Origin: Gammaproteobacteria bacterium
Lineage (GTDB): Bacteria; Pseudomonadota; Gammaproteobacteria; GCA-001735895
Length of the DNA stretch: 48,661 nucleotides
Assembly: GCA_050298595.1 (NCBI GenBank)
Contig: JBNKUM010000019.1
Span: 1 to 48,661, forward strand
Direction: 5' to 3'
Positions within the stretch are counted from its first letter, which is position 1, and every line of letters starts with the position of its first letter. The position numbers were made by a program, and so were the translations under genes. This document shows positions 27,162 to 35,602 of this stretch, one piece after another. The notes beneath the pieces are model-generated. The model saw only the letters and a program-made list of their open reading frames with translations, had not been told where the DNA came from and did not search any database.

Positions 27162-28544
27162 ATGTCTTCTTTCTACGTCTCCGCTGCCCATAAATCATCT
27201 GGAAAGACCACGATATCTATCGGTCTAGCTGCCGCATTTCGCAAACAGGGCTATGCGGTTCAGGCCTTTAAAAAAGGTCCTGATTACATCGATCCAATCT
27301 GGCTTGCGCAGGCATCGGGTAACGACTGTCACAACCTTGACTTCTTTAGCGCAAGTCCAAACTTTAATATCCAGCAATTCAAGGAGTTCTCTCAACTGAA
27401 AGATATCGTCATGGTCGAAGGCAATATGGGGCTTTTCGACGGTATCTCCCCGGATGGTAGCGATAGCAATGCGGCGATGGCCAAGTTGCTCAAACTTCCG
27501 GTAGTACTAGTTGTTGACTGTTCTGGCACAAGCCGCGGCATCGCTCCCCTGCTGCTTGGTTACCAGATGTTTGATTCTGATGTCAGCTACGCTGGCGTAA
27601 TTCTGAATAAAGTAGCCGGCTCTCGTCACGAGACCAAACTACGACAGGTCATTGAGGCACATACTGATTTCAAGGTTCTGGGCGTCGTGCATCGAAATAC
27701 GGACATTCAACTCACCGAACGACATCTGGGATTGATGCCCAGTCATGAGATGAGTGTACAGGCTGATATAGTGATAGATCGACTAGCCGATCTGATGACA
27801 CAGTCAATTGATCTGGATAGCCTGAAGGCCCTGTCTAATTCACCTCACTTGCTGGAGAACTCTCAACCCTTTACCCAGGCAGCAGTACCAAAAAAACTTC
27901 GAATTGCCTACGCTCGAGATGAGGCATTTGGCTTCTATTACCCAAATGATCTGCACAGATTCAGGCAACTGGGCGTAGAACTGGTCCCATTCGACACCAG
28001 TTGCAGCCAACAATTACCCGACAATATAGACGGCCTGTTCATCGGTGGTGGTTTTCCTGAGGCTCGACTTGCGTCGATCTCGGCCAATTCATCCCTACGA
28101 CAGAGTATTAAGACACATATCGAACAGGGATTACCCAGTTATGCCGAATGTGGTGGCCTGATGTATCTGTGTTCAGAGATGCTATTAGATGGCCAAAACT
28201 ATCCCCTGTGCGACTTAATACCGGCACAGGTTATTATGAATCAACGCCCTCAGGGACGAGGTTATGTGGTGCTAGAACCAACCCCAAACCACCTTTGGTG
28301 TCGCCACACTAGTCAAGCTCGGGTATCAGTCAAAGCCCATGAATTTCACTATTCTTCATTGAAACATTTACCTGAAAATTTAACCTTTGCTTATACCGTA
28401 AAAAGAGGAACAGGTATTGATGGTATATATGATGGTATAGTATTGTATAATTTGCTGGCCAGCTATGTGCATCTGCGCCAGACTGATGAGTGTTCCTGGG
28501 TCGATGATTTTGTATCATTTATAGTCAAATGTAAGAGCTCCTAA
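27162..28544 (+). CDS. dsrN: DsrN siroheme amidase (cobyrinate a,c-diamide synthase family)
   Basis: AAHKSSGKTT, FKKGPDYIDP, ERHLGL, GGGFPE, YAECGGLMYL, HEFHYS; dsr context. Confidence 0.95.
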   Translation: MSSFYVSAAHKSSGKTTISIGLAAAFRKQGYAVQAFKKGPDYIDPIWLAQASGNDCHNLDFFSASPNFNIQQFKEFSQLKDIVMVEGNMGLFDGISPDGSDSNAAMAKLLKLPVVLVVDCSGTSRGIAPLLLGYQMFDSDVSYAGVILNKVAGSRHETKLRQVIEAHTDFKVLGVVHRNTDIQLTERHLGLMPSHEMSVQADIVIDRLADLMTQSIDLDSLKALSNSPHLLENSQPFTQAAVPKKLRIAYARDEAFGFYYPNDLHRFRQLGVELVPFDTSCSQQLPDNIDGLFIGGGFPEARLASISANSSLRQSIKTHIEQGLPSYAECGGLMYLCSEMLLDGQNYPLCDLIPAQVIMNQRPQGRGYVVLEPTPNHLWCRHTSQARVSVKAHEFHYSSLKHLPENLTFAYTVKRGTGIDGIYDGIVLYNLLASYVHLRQTDECSWVDDFVSFIVKCKSS

Positions 28545-28550
28545 CGATTT

Positions 28551-28868
28551 ATGATAAATGTAACGCCAAACGCTGCTTCCCAAATTCAATTTTCTGCTAA
28601 TGAATCCGGTATTCAGGATGCTGTGCTTCGGATTGCTATTAAGCAACAGCCGGATGGTTCATTACATTATGCAATTGGATTTGATGACGCAATTTCAGAG
28701 GATGATTTACGCTTTGAAGCCGAGGGCGTACAAATGGTGATAGCAGAATCCTCTCAAAAATTTGCCAAAGATATGACCATTGATTATGTCGAGCTGGACA
28801 ACGGTGAAATGAACTTTATCTTCCTCAATCCCAATGATAAAAATTACTCCCCACCCGTCGAAGAGTAA
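28551..28868 (+). CDS. dsrR: DsrR, IscA/HesB-like protein
   Basis: INVTPNAA, LRIA, Y.IGFDD, IDYVEL, FIFLNPND; position after dsrN. Confidence 0.9.
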   Translation: MINVTPNAASQIQFSANESGIQDAVLRIAIKQQPDGSLHYAIGFDDAISEDDLRFEAEGVQMVIAESSQKFAKDMTIDYVELDNGEMNFIFLNPNDKNYSPPVEE

Positions 28869-28880
28869 TTTCTAAAACCC

Positions 28881-30542
28881 ATGCCACCTTCAACTCAACA
28901 GGATTCAGAAGGCACAGTTCAACTGGCATTCCGATTTTTACCTGAGTTAAACTCTCTACAGAGAGCGTCTAGATGTATCGTTCAATGTCGTGCTATCACC
29001 CTTTTATTTCTATTAGGGTTGAGTCTCATATCCCTCTTTTTCACCGAAGTCCTGCTGCCACCCAGTGAAAGTGAAACAGGAAGTTTGCTTTTTAAGCTAT
29101 TGATATTGTTATCTTTTGTATTATTAGCGGTCAGTGTTTATATGGTATGGATGGATTTATTGAAGCCCATACTCAGCATTAAGGTATGGTCTCAACAGAT
29201 GCGTAGCGGCCATCTGGATCACAAAATTGATATCCCAGAACATGGTGAGTTATCGCAGCTATCCGAAGATCTAAATGATCTGGGTACCATGATGTTCCAC
29301 CTGGCCAGGGATACTGAAGAACAATTGCTTCAACACACCATGCATACAGAGCAAAAAACCCAGTCTCTGAGCATTCTCTACGATGTTGCTGCGAGCATCA
29401 ATGTATCAAACAGCCTGGAAGATTTACTCAAACGTTTTCTCAAAACCCTGACCGAGGTCATTCACGCAAATGCGGGGGCTGTACGCCTGTTAAACCAGGA
29501 TAATAAAATGGAGCTAGTCGCCAGCATTGGTTTTGATAGTGAACTGATAGCGATGGAAAAGATACTGCCTGCAGAGAGCTGTGTTTGTGGTCGGGTTGAT
29601 AACTGTGATGATCTGGTATATCAGGATACGCTGCTACCCTGTAGTAAAAATGTTCATCATAAATTTTTTGGCAATGACCAGGGACTGATCGTGGTTCCTT
29701 TACAGTATCAGGGCAAGATGCTAGGGGTTTTTAATCTTTTTGTGCACAAGGATATTTTCGCCAGTAAAAACACCGATGATTTTCGTGAGCTGTTCACCAG
29801 CATAGGTCGACATCTGGGTATGGCAATAGCCAAAGCCAGGCTGGATGAAGAGTCCACTAAACTCTCCATCATGAAGGAGCGAAATCGCCTTTCCTACGAA
29901 CTGCATGATTCACTCGCCCAGACATTAGCCAGTATTCGTTTTCAGGTTCGCGTACTAGACGAAATTCTGCATCAGGATGATGAAGCCTCTACCTGGCAAC
30001 AATTAGAGCGTATAGAGAATACGGTTGATGAGGCTAATACCGAGTTAAGAAGCCTGATAGCACACTTCCAGGCGCCAATCCGCAAACAGGCGCTAATTCC
30101 AGCGGTTCAGGAAATCGTAAAACGATTTCGCACCGAATCGGATATCCATATTTTCTTTCAACACACCATCAGCGACCCGATCAAACTTTCTGATAAGCAT
30201 CATCTGGAAGTTATGCGTATTATTCAGGAAGCTTTGAATAATATCCGTAAACACAGTGAAGCTAATGTTGCTCGTATCATGATCCGTCAACCTTCTCCAG
30301 ATCGAATTCAAATTCTGGTCGAAGACGATGGCGTAGGCTTATCTGAAAATAACGCACATGCTAAACCCGGTGAGCAGATCGGCTTAAACAGTATGAAAGA
30401 GCGCGCATCCCGTATCAAAGCCGATTACATATTAGAAAGTGACCCAGGTGAAGGAACCCGTATAATACTCGAATTCAATCTGTCTAAAGCTCAGACAGCT
30501 CCTCCCTCAATCAACATAGAAACCTTCTTTAACCTGACCTGA
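28881..30542 (+). CDS. NarX/NarQ-like sensor histidine kinase (2 TM, HAMP, GAF, HisKA_3, HATPase)
   Basis: ERNRLSYELHDSLAQTL, RIIQEALNNIRKHS, VEDDGVG, GLNSMKERA, GEGTRI. Confidence 0.92.
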   Translation: MPPSTQQDSEGTVQLAFRFLPELNSLQRASRCIVQCRAITLLFLLGLSLISLFFTEVLLPPSESETGSLLFKLLILLSFVLLAVSVYMVWMDLLKPILSIKVWSQQMRSGHLDHKIDIPEHGELSQLSEDLNDLGTMMFHLARDTEEQLLQHTMHTEQKTQSLSILYDVAASINVSNSLEDLLKRFLKTLTEVIHANAGAVRLLNQDNKMELVASIGFDSELIAMEKILPAESCVCGRVDNCDDLVYQDTLLPCSKNVHHKFFGNDQGLIVVPLQYQGKMLGVFNLFVHKDIFASKNTDDFRELFTSIGRHLGMAIAKARLDEESTKLSIMKERNRLSYELHDSLAQTLASIRFQVRVLDEILHQDDEASTWQQLERIENTVDEANTELRSLIAHFQAPIRKQALIPAVQEIVKRFRTESDIHIFFQHTISDPIKLSDKHHLEVMRIIQEALNNIRKHSEANVARIMIRQPSPDRIQILVEDDGVGLSENNAHAKPGEQIGLNSMKERASRIKADYILESDPGEGTRIILEFNLSKAQTAPPSINIETFFNLT

Positions 30543-30546
30543 CCCT

Positions 30547-31215
30547 ATGAATTTACGTGTACTTATTATCGACGACCACACCCTGTTTCGCGAAGGACTT
30601 GAGGGCCTGTTAACTCGTCGAGAGATTGATGTCATCGCTTCTGTTGGTGATGGTGAAGAAGGCATACGTCTGGCACAGGAGTTAAATCCGGACATTGTGC
30701 TACTGGATATGCGTATGCCAGACATTAACGGCCTTGGGGTACTGTCACGTTTGAATGAATCGGGCATGACCATGCCTATCTCTATGCTAACGACCAGTAC
30801 CGAAGAGCGTGATCTGGTTGAGGCCTTACGTAATGGAGCCAGGGGCTATCTGCTTAAGGATATGGAACCTGACTCATTAGTGGTCGCACTACGAGATATC
30901 GTCAACGGCAAAACGATAGTAGCCCCTACTCTGGCCCCCGTACTGGCCAAAGTAGTTCAGGGTAATTCACCCAATACTGATGATAATGACAGCCCATTTG
31001 AGGATTTAACACCTCGTGAAACCGAAATCCTTGGCCTTTTAGCTGAAGGTCAAAGTAATAAGGTTATTGCTAGAAATCTGGGTATATCTGATGGTACCGT
31101 CAAGCTACACGTAAAAGCGATTTTGCGAAAATTGAATGTACACTCAAGAGTAGAAGCAGCCGTACTGGCGGTGGAACATGGTATGCGCGAAAGCCAGAAA
31201 AACCTGACCAGCTAA
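30547..31215 (+). CDS. NarL/LuxR-family response regulator
   Basis: IIDDH, LLDMRMP, GYLLKD, LTPRETEIL...GQSNKVIARNLGISDGTVKLHV. Confidence 0.95.
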   Translation: MNLRVLIIDDHTLFREGLEGLLTRREIDVIASVGDGEEGIRLAQELNPDIVLLDMRMPDINGLGVLSRLNESGMTMPISMLTTSTEERDLVEALRNGARGYLLKDMEPDSLVVALRDIVNGKTIVAPTLAPVLAKVVQGNSPNTDDNDSPFEDLTPRETEILGLLAEGQSNKVIARNLGISDGTVKLHVKAILRKLNVHSRVEAAVLAVEHGMRESQKNLTS

Positions 31216-31284
31216 TCAATTAGCTTTACTAAAAAACATCATTTCAGAATAGATCTATCTTGCGATTAGATTTGCTTCATCCAT

Positions 31285-31317
31285 AAAAAAACCACCTGCA
31301 TATAAAATACAGGTGGT
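31285..31317 (-). terminator. Rho-independent terminator oriented for a minus-strand transcript
   Basis: Minus strand reads ACCACCTGTA-TTTTATA-TGCAGGTGGT-TTTTTT; on the plus strand the stem is followed by A residues, not U. Confidence 0.75.
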
Positions 31318-31400
31318 AAAAATTGCCATCTATTAACCATATTGGAGGCAGGTGAATATTAGATCAAGCTCGACGTATTATCTATAACTAAGGTTAATTT
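31285..31400 (-). ncRNA. Candidate small RNA (5' end uncertain)
   Basis: Orphan minus-strand terminator, no ORF of 60 aa or more feeding it, upstream FNR-like box, internal CCUGCCUCC anti-SD-like stretch. Confidence 0.35.
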
Positions 31401-31432
31401 CCATGGGTTCTGACCGAGTCTTTACTATGTAC

Positions 31433-31446
31433 TTGACTAAGATCAA
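31433..31446. promoter_or_regulatory. Putative FNR/CRP-family box
   Basis: TTGAC-TAAG-ATCAA, the same half-sites as the box at 2875. Confidence 0.5.
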
Positions 31447-31562
31447 AAACCCGCATGATTCATAAGGCTTATAACTACTGTTTAAAAACCGCTCTAGCTG
31501 ATTCTGAATATCTCACTCAGTCGTTTATTAAATGCCAGATGGGCACTCTCAAAAAGATTTAA

Positions 31563-31893
31563 CTAGAATCCGCAGTTGGATGATCTGAAGTGTGCGTTTG
31601 CGGTGGTGTAGATCAAGGCGTGACGACGCGGAATAGCGGGCTATTCCAGGGAGTTACAAGGCTGCCGCGTCCTGCTCTCGCCCCTTACCTATGTCCCTAT
31701 AGGCAACGCAGAGATACGCCGCCGCAAACGTGCAATTCTGCTCGTAGCGGGATTCACCTTCTGGGTTTTCAGCATGGATGCCGTTATTTCGCAAATGTAT
31801 GGATGCATAGGAGCGTGAAAAGATAAATCTATGGTAATGTTTTAGGAAACAGTGGGTTACCCTCTAACGCGAGCAGTCAACTGCGGAATCCAG
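31563..31893. mobile_element. MITE-like structured repeat element
   Basis: Terminal inverted repeats CTAGAATCCGCAGTTG / CAACTGCGGAATCCAG (14/16); internal arms 31591-31610 and 31715-31734; hairpin ggaatagc-gg-gctattcc; no transposase. Confidence 0.7.
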
Positions 31894-32107
31894 GTTTAAA
31901 GATTGCCTATATATGGACTGATCATATCAAGCCTTTACAAAGCTGATTTTTTATTAAGTTTTTCTATATAAGTCACTGATTATATAGAGCTTATATCAGA
32001 GCATTTAATTATTAAAGTACTGGGCATTGATTTAATATTTGTCTATCATCAGGGTGTTACAAGGCAACATCCGGACATACTGTCAACTTAAGACACAGGA
32101 AATAAAA

Positions 32108-32638
32108 ATGAAAAAAATATCTACATTAGCGGTTGCCGCAGCATTGGTAGCCGGAAGCAGCATTACCATACCGATGAAAGCTGAGGCATTTAATTTTGGA
32201 AATATGGACTGGAATGATGGCCAAAGCTGGGGAAACAGCTGGAACAGTGGTCCTCGCTGGGGTAACGGCTGGAACAGTGGACCTCGCTGGGGTAACGGCT
32301 GGAACAATGGCCCAGGCTGGGGGGGCGGCCCTAACTGGGGTAACAACGGCTGGGGTAACAATATGAGTATGCCTCGTATGGGGTGGGGCAGTAACGGCCC
32401 ACGCTGGGGGAACAATCGTTCTGGTTGGGGGAATGGCCCTCGCTGGGGAAATAATGGTTCCGGTTGGGGGAATGGCCCTCGTTGGGGAAATAATGGTTCC
32501 GGTTGGGGGAATGGCCCACGTAGCTATGGCCCACCGCCTTATGGTCGTCCTGCCCCAGGTCCAGGTCCAGGTGGGCAATTTAATGCGCCACCTCAACCAT
32601 CACAAAACCCACAAAATCAACCTCAACCTGCTCAATAA
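32108..32638 (+). CDS. Sulfur globule envelope protein-like (Sgp), Gly/Trp/Asn/Pro-rich, secreted
   Basis: AGGA RBS, ATG 32108, Sec signal peptide ending AEA, mature FNFGNM..., WGNGPR repeats, Pro/Gln tail; dsr context. Confidence 0.8.
   Translation: MKKISTLAVAAALVAGSSITIPMKAEAFNFGNMDWNDGQSWGNSWNSGPRWGNGWNSGPRWGNGWNNGPGWGGGPNWGNNGWGNNMSMPRMGWGSNGPRWGNNRSGWGNGPRWGNNGSGWGNGPRWGNNGSGWGNGPRSYGPPPYGRPAPGPGPGGQFNAPPQPSQNPQNQPQPAQ
32241..32520 (+). repeat. In-frame coding tandem repeats (30-nt and 39-nt units)
   Basis: 30-nt unit from 32241 (about 2.7 copies, WNSGPRWGNG); 39-nt unit from 32423 (about 2.5 copies, GWGNGPRWGNNGS). Confidence 0.9.
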
Positions 32639-32649
32639 CTATTCTGAAT

Positions 32650-32684
32650 TAAATCAGCCTGCAAACAAAATGCAGGCTGATTTA
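32650..32684. terminator. Bidirectional terminator between convergent genes
   Basis: taaatcagcctgca-aacaaaa-tgcaggctgattta perfect 14-bp stem. Confidence 0.85.
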
Positions 32685-32694
32685 TTGAGCTTGA

Positions 32695-33036
32695 TTAAAT
32701 ATCATAACGCTTATGTTCACTGCGACGCCGACCTGAACGCTGACTGATTACGCCTACAATGTCATCTACACCATTGGTTAAGATAATTTCTTCGAAGCCT
32801 GGTTGAGTGGCTCTAAGCACATATCGCTCATCTTCAATAAATAATTGCCGAAAGATAAATTCATTATTGGGGTTGGCCACGACATAACAGCCATTCTTTA
32901 CTGTGCCACCTGGGTCAATTACTATGATATGACCTTCCTCAAATTCAGGTAGCATATCGTTACCCAATACACGTAACGCAAAGGGCTCACTGGCTGCACA
33001 ACTCGATTGCTCAGGGTCAAAATTAAAAGTAGTCAT
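32695..33036 (-). CDS. Stand-alone S24 (LexA/UmuD C-terminal) family domain protein, probably inactive
   Basis: FALRVLGNDMLPEFEEGHIIVIDP, YVVA, IFRQL, IVGVI; no HTH. Confidence 0.8.
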   Translation of the reverse strand: MTTFNFDPEQSSCAASEPFALRVLGNDMLPEFEEGHIIVIDPGGTVKNGCYVVANPNNEFIFRQLFIEDERYVLRATQPGFEEIILTNGVDDIVGVISQRSGRRRSEHKRYDI

Positions 33037-33103
33037 AGATAAAATTGTTCAATGTTCGTAGTTATTGAAATCATGATAATGAGATCGCTTAATTATACGG
33101 GGT

Positions 33104-34924
33104 TCAACTATCTATTGCCTGTTCTAACTGCTGGGTCTTTTGTTTCTTTTGCTGGATTTCCCACAGCGATGCATAGATACCATTGCATTCCAGTAATTGC
33201 TCATGACTACCCTGCTCCTTGATTTCGCCATGTTCTAACACCAAAATCTCATCGGCATCGACAATAGTAGAGAGACGATGAGCGATGACCAGAGTGGTCT
33301 TGTTCTGAGCAATTTTGTTGAGGGCTGATAGTATATTCTTTTCAGATTTACTATCCAGGCTCGAGGTAGCCTCATCAAATACCAGAATTGGAGGGTTCTT
33401 CAACAGTACTCTTGCTATGGATACCCGCTGTTTCTCTCCACCAGAAAGCTTAAGACCACGTTCTCCGACTACGGTTTCGTAACCCTCTGGAAGGTTAACA
33501 ATAAACTCATGGATATCGGCCATTTTAGCCGCCTCATACACCTGTTCCCTACTAGCCTCAGGGTATGCGTATTGAATGTTATAGAAAATGCTGTCGTTAA
33601 ATAATACCGTATCCTGAGGTACAATCCCTATTTGCTTGCGTAAACTATGTTGAGTCACATCTTTGATGGGATGACCACTGATTTTTATCTGTCCACTGGT
33701 CGTATCGTAAAAACGAAAAAGCAACCGAGCCATAGTAGATTTACCCGCCCCTGACGGCCCGACAATGGCGAATTTCTTTCCCGCCGGTACTTTAAAGCTG
33801 ATATCTCGAATAATTTCGCGATTTTCGTTATAAGCAAAGCTGACCTGATCAAACTCTACAGTTGCCTGTTGTATAACAAGATCGATCGCATGTTCAGCAT
33901 CCGTAATCTCAAGCGGCTTTTTTAAAAGCTTTAGCACCATATCCATATCAGCCAGAGCATATTTTAAAGACCGATAGATAATGCCCAGGAAATTCAACGG
34001 TAAAAATAATTGCAACATCATGGCATTGATTAATACCAGATCACCCAGTGATAATTGCTTTTCAACCACGCCATTGGCCGCATAAAACATAACTACTGTT
34101 ACCCCAATCGCAATGATGGCACCTTGCCCGAAATTGAGCGTAGACATAGTCGACTGACTTTTTACTGCCGCCTCTTCCCAGCCCGACATATCCTGCTTGT
34201 ACCTTCGAATTTCATGAGCCTCATTATTGAAGTATTTGACCGTCTCATAATTCATCAGGCTATCCATCGCCTTGCCATTAGCAGATGAATCCAGCGCATT
34301 CATTTCAAAGCGAAAATGCATACGCCACTCGGTGACCAGAAAAGTAAAACCGATATAGATGAATACAGTAGAAAATACGGTGATCGCAAAATGGCTGTCG
34401 TACTGATTGAGCAAAATGCCTGCAACCAGTAAAAATTCAGCAGCAGTGGGGACGATATTAAACACCAGATAGTTGAGGATAGAACTTATACTCTGGGCAC
34501 CGCGCTCCATATCGCGCGAGATCCCCCCTGTATTGCGTTCGAGATGGAATCTTAACGACAGTTTATGCAGGTGTTGCAGTACCGATTCGGATAGTACACG
34601 CATGGCATGAAACCTTACCCGAGCAAAAATGGCATCTCGCAACTCATTGAACCCTGAGTTGATAAAGCGCAACAGGCCATAGGTAAGTAACAGCAGGACG
34701 GGTAATACAGCCGTCTCCTGAGGGCCTCGATCCAGGGTATCAACGATATACTTCAAGACGATAGGAATGCCAACCATCGCCAGTTTAGAGATAACAAGAC
34801 TCAATAGAGCGGCCAATACCCTACCTCGATAGATCCAGATAAATGGAAACATCTGGCGGATATTTTGCCAATCGTCACGATTAGAATGAGGCTTTTCTGT
34901 TCGCCCCCATGCAGGAGATGCCAT
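33104..34924 (-). CDS. atm1: Atm1/ABCB7-type ABC exporter (fused TMD-NBD)
   Basis: LSLRFHLERNTGGISRDMERG, DSLMNYETVKYFNNE, PLNFLGIIYR, GPSGAGKS, LSGGEKQR, DEATSSLD. Confidence 0.92.
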   Translation of the reverse strand: MASPAWGRTEKPHSNRDDWQNIRQMFPFIWIYRGRVLAALLSLVISKLAMVGIPIVLKYIVDTLDRGPQETAVLPVLLLLTYGLLRFINSGFNELRDAIFARVRFHAMRVLSESVLQHLHKLSLRFHLERNTGGISRDMERGAQSISSILNYLVFNIVPTAAEFLLVAGILLNQYDSHFAITVFSTVFIYIGFTFLVTEWRMHFRFEMNALDSSANGKAMDSLMNYETVKYFNNEAHEIRRYKQDMSGWEEAAVKSQSTMSTLNFGQGAIIAIGVTVVMFYAANGVVEKQLSLGDLVLINAMMLQLFLPLNFLGIIYRSLKYALADMDMVLKLLKKPLEITDAEHAIDLVIQQATVEFDQVSFAYNENREIIRDISFKVPAGKKFAIVGPSGAGKSTMARLLFRFYDTTSGQIKISGHPIKDVTQHSLRKQIGIVPQDTVLFNDSIFYNIQYAYPEASREQVYEAAKMADIHEFIVNLPEGYETVVGERGLKLSGGEKQRVSIARVLLKNPPILVFDEATSSLDSKSEKNILSALNKIAQNKTTLVIAHRLSTIVDADEILVLEHGEIKEQGSHEQLLECNGIYASLWEIQQKKQKTQQLEQAIDS

Positions 34925-34971
34925 TGGTTCCTAGTTAGGTATTAAAAGAGGCGAATTATATATGAAAAACG

Positions 34972-35292
34972 TTATCCTGTTTTAATCTGCACTGCCTGCT
35001 GAGTGTATTTATAGACTTCGTCAATATTTGCATCCAGATTAGCCTCTATTCAAGTTGACAATTCGAGGTCTTCGGAAGCTTCGTAGGAAGAAGATATCCC
35101 GGCGAAATTAGGTATTTCACCGGCCCGAGCACGCTTGTATAAACCTTTAACGTCACGTTGCTCTCAGTCATCCTGAGAACAGTCACGATAGATTTCATGA
35201 AAATCACTTCCTGCAATCTTACGCGAAACCTCCCTATTTTCTCGGAACGGCGAGATAAAAGGTACTATTACCCTGCCTGTACAAACAAATCG
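34972..35292 (-). pseudogene. cysC: Adenylyl-sulfate (APS) kinase remnant
   Basis: Read-through translation FISPFRENR...[49 protein letters not shown]; two in-frame stops; N-terminal P-loop missing. Confidence 0.85.
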
Positions 35293-35321
35293 TGAGTAGA
35301 GCCTGGTTATAAAATTGTTAA

Positions 35322-35585
35322 GGCACTTCTGATCAATTTTGTTGTATCTCTGGCTCACAGACAGTAGCGCAATCTAGGCGCAACTTTGCAGAGACGCGTC
35401 TGAGACTATAGTAAGAAGCTGCAATGATGAGTGGTGATTATCTTATATACCCCTCGCAGAGCGGGAGATGAAGCATACTACATCCGCGTTGTACTTCTTA
35501 GGGTGCAACCTTTACCTGTGAAGCGCGCTTTGAATCCGCATACTTCAGATCTCGAAAAGACACAACATAATTGACCAGTGCTGCC
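35322..35585. mobile_element. Degenerate MITE-like element
   Basis: Imperfect 28-bp terminal inverted repeats ggcacttctgatcaattttgttgtatct / agacacaacataattgaccagtgctgcc (22/28); non-coding. Confidence 0.55.
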
Positions 35586-35602
35586 ATTATTTTCAGTTTC
35601 GA

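Noticed and set aside
27162-28544. Cobalamin biosynthesis gene cbiA/cobB
   Set aside because: Position between dsrP and dsrR and absence of other cob genes indicate DsrN.
28881-31215. Bona fide nitrate-sensing narX/narL
   Set aside because: No periplasmic P-box domain and no nar/nap genes in the window, so no gene symbols were assigned.
31590-31826. 78-aa ORF
   Set aside because: Lies wholly within the MITE-like element, with no RBS or recognisable motif.
32241-32520. CRISPR array serving the Cas6
   Set aside because: Repeats are contiguous, lengths are multiples of 3, they are in frame within a signal-peptide ORF, and there are no unique spacers. No repeat-spacer array was seen anywhere in the window.
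35164-35166. Selenocysteine TGA at a Cys position in CysC
   Set aside because: A second in-frame stop, the missing N-terminus and other degenerate substitutions indicate a pseudogene.
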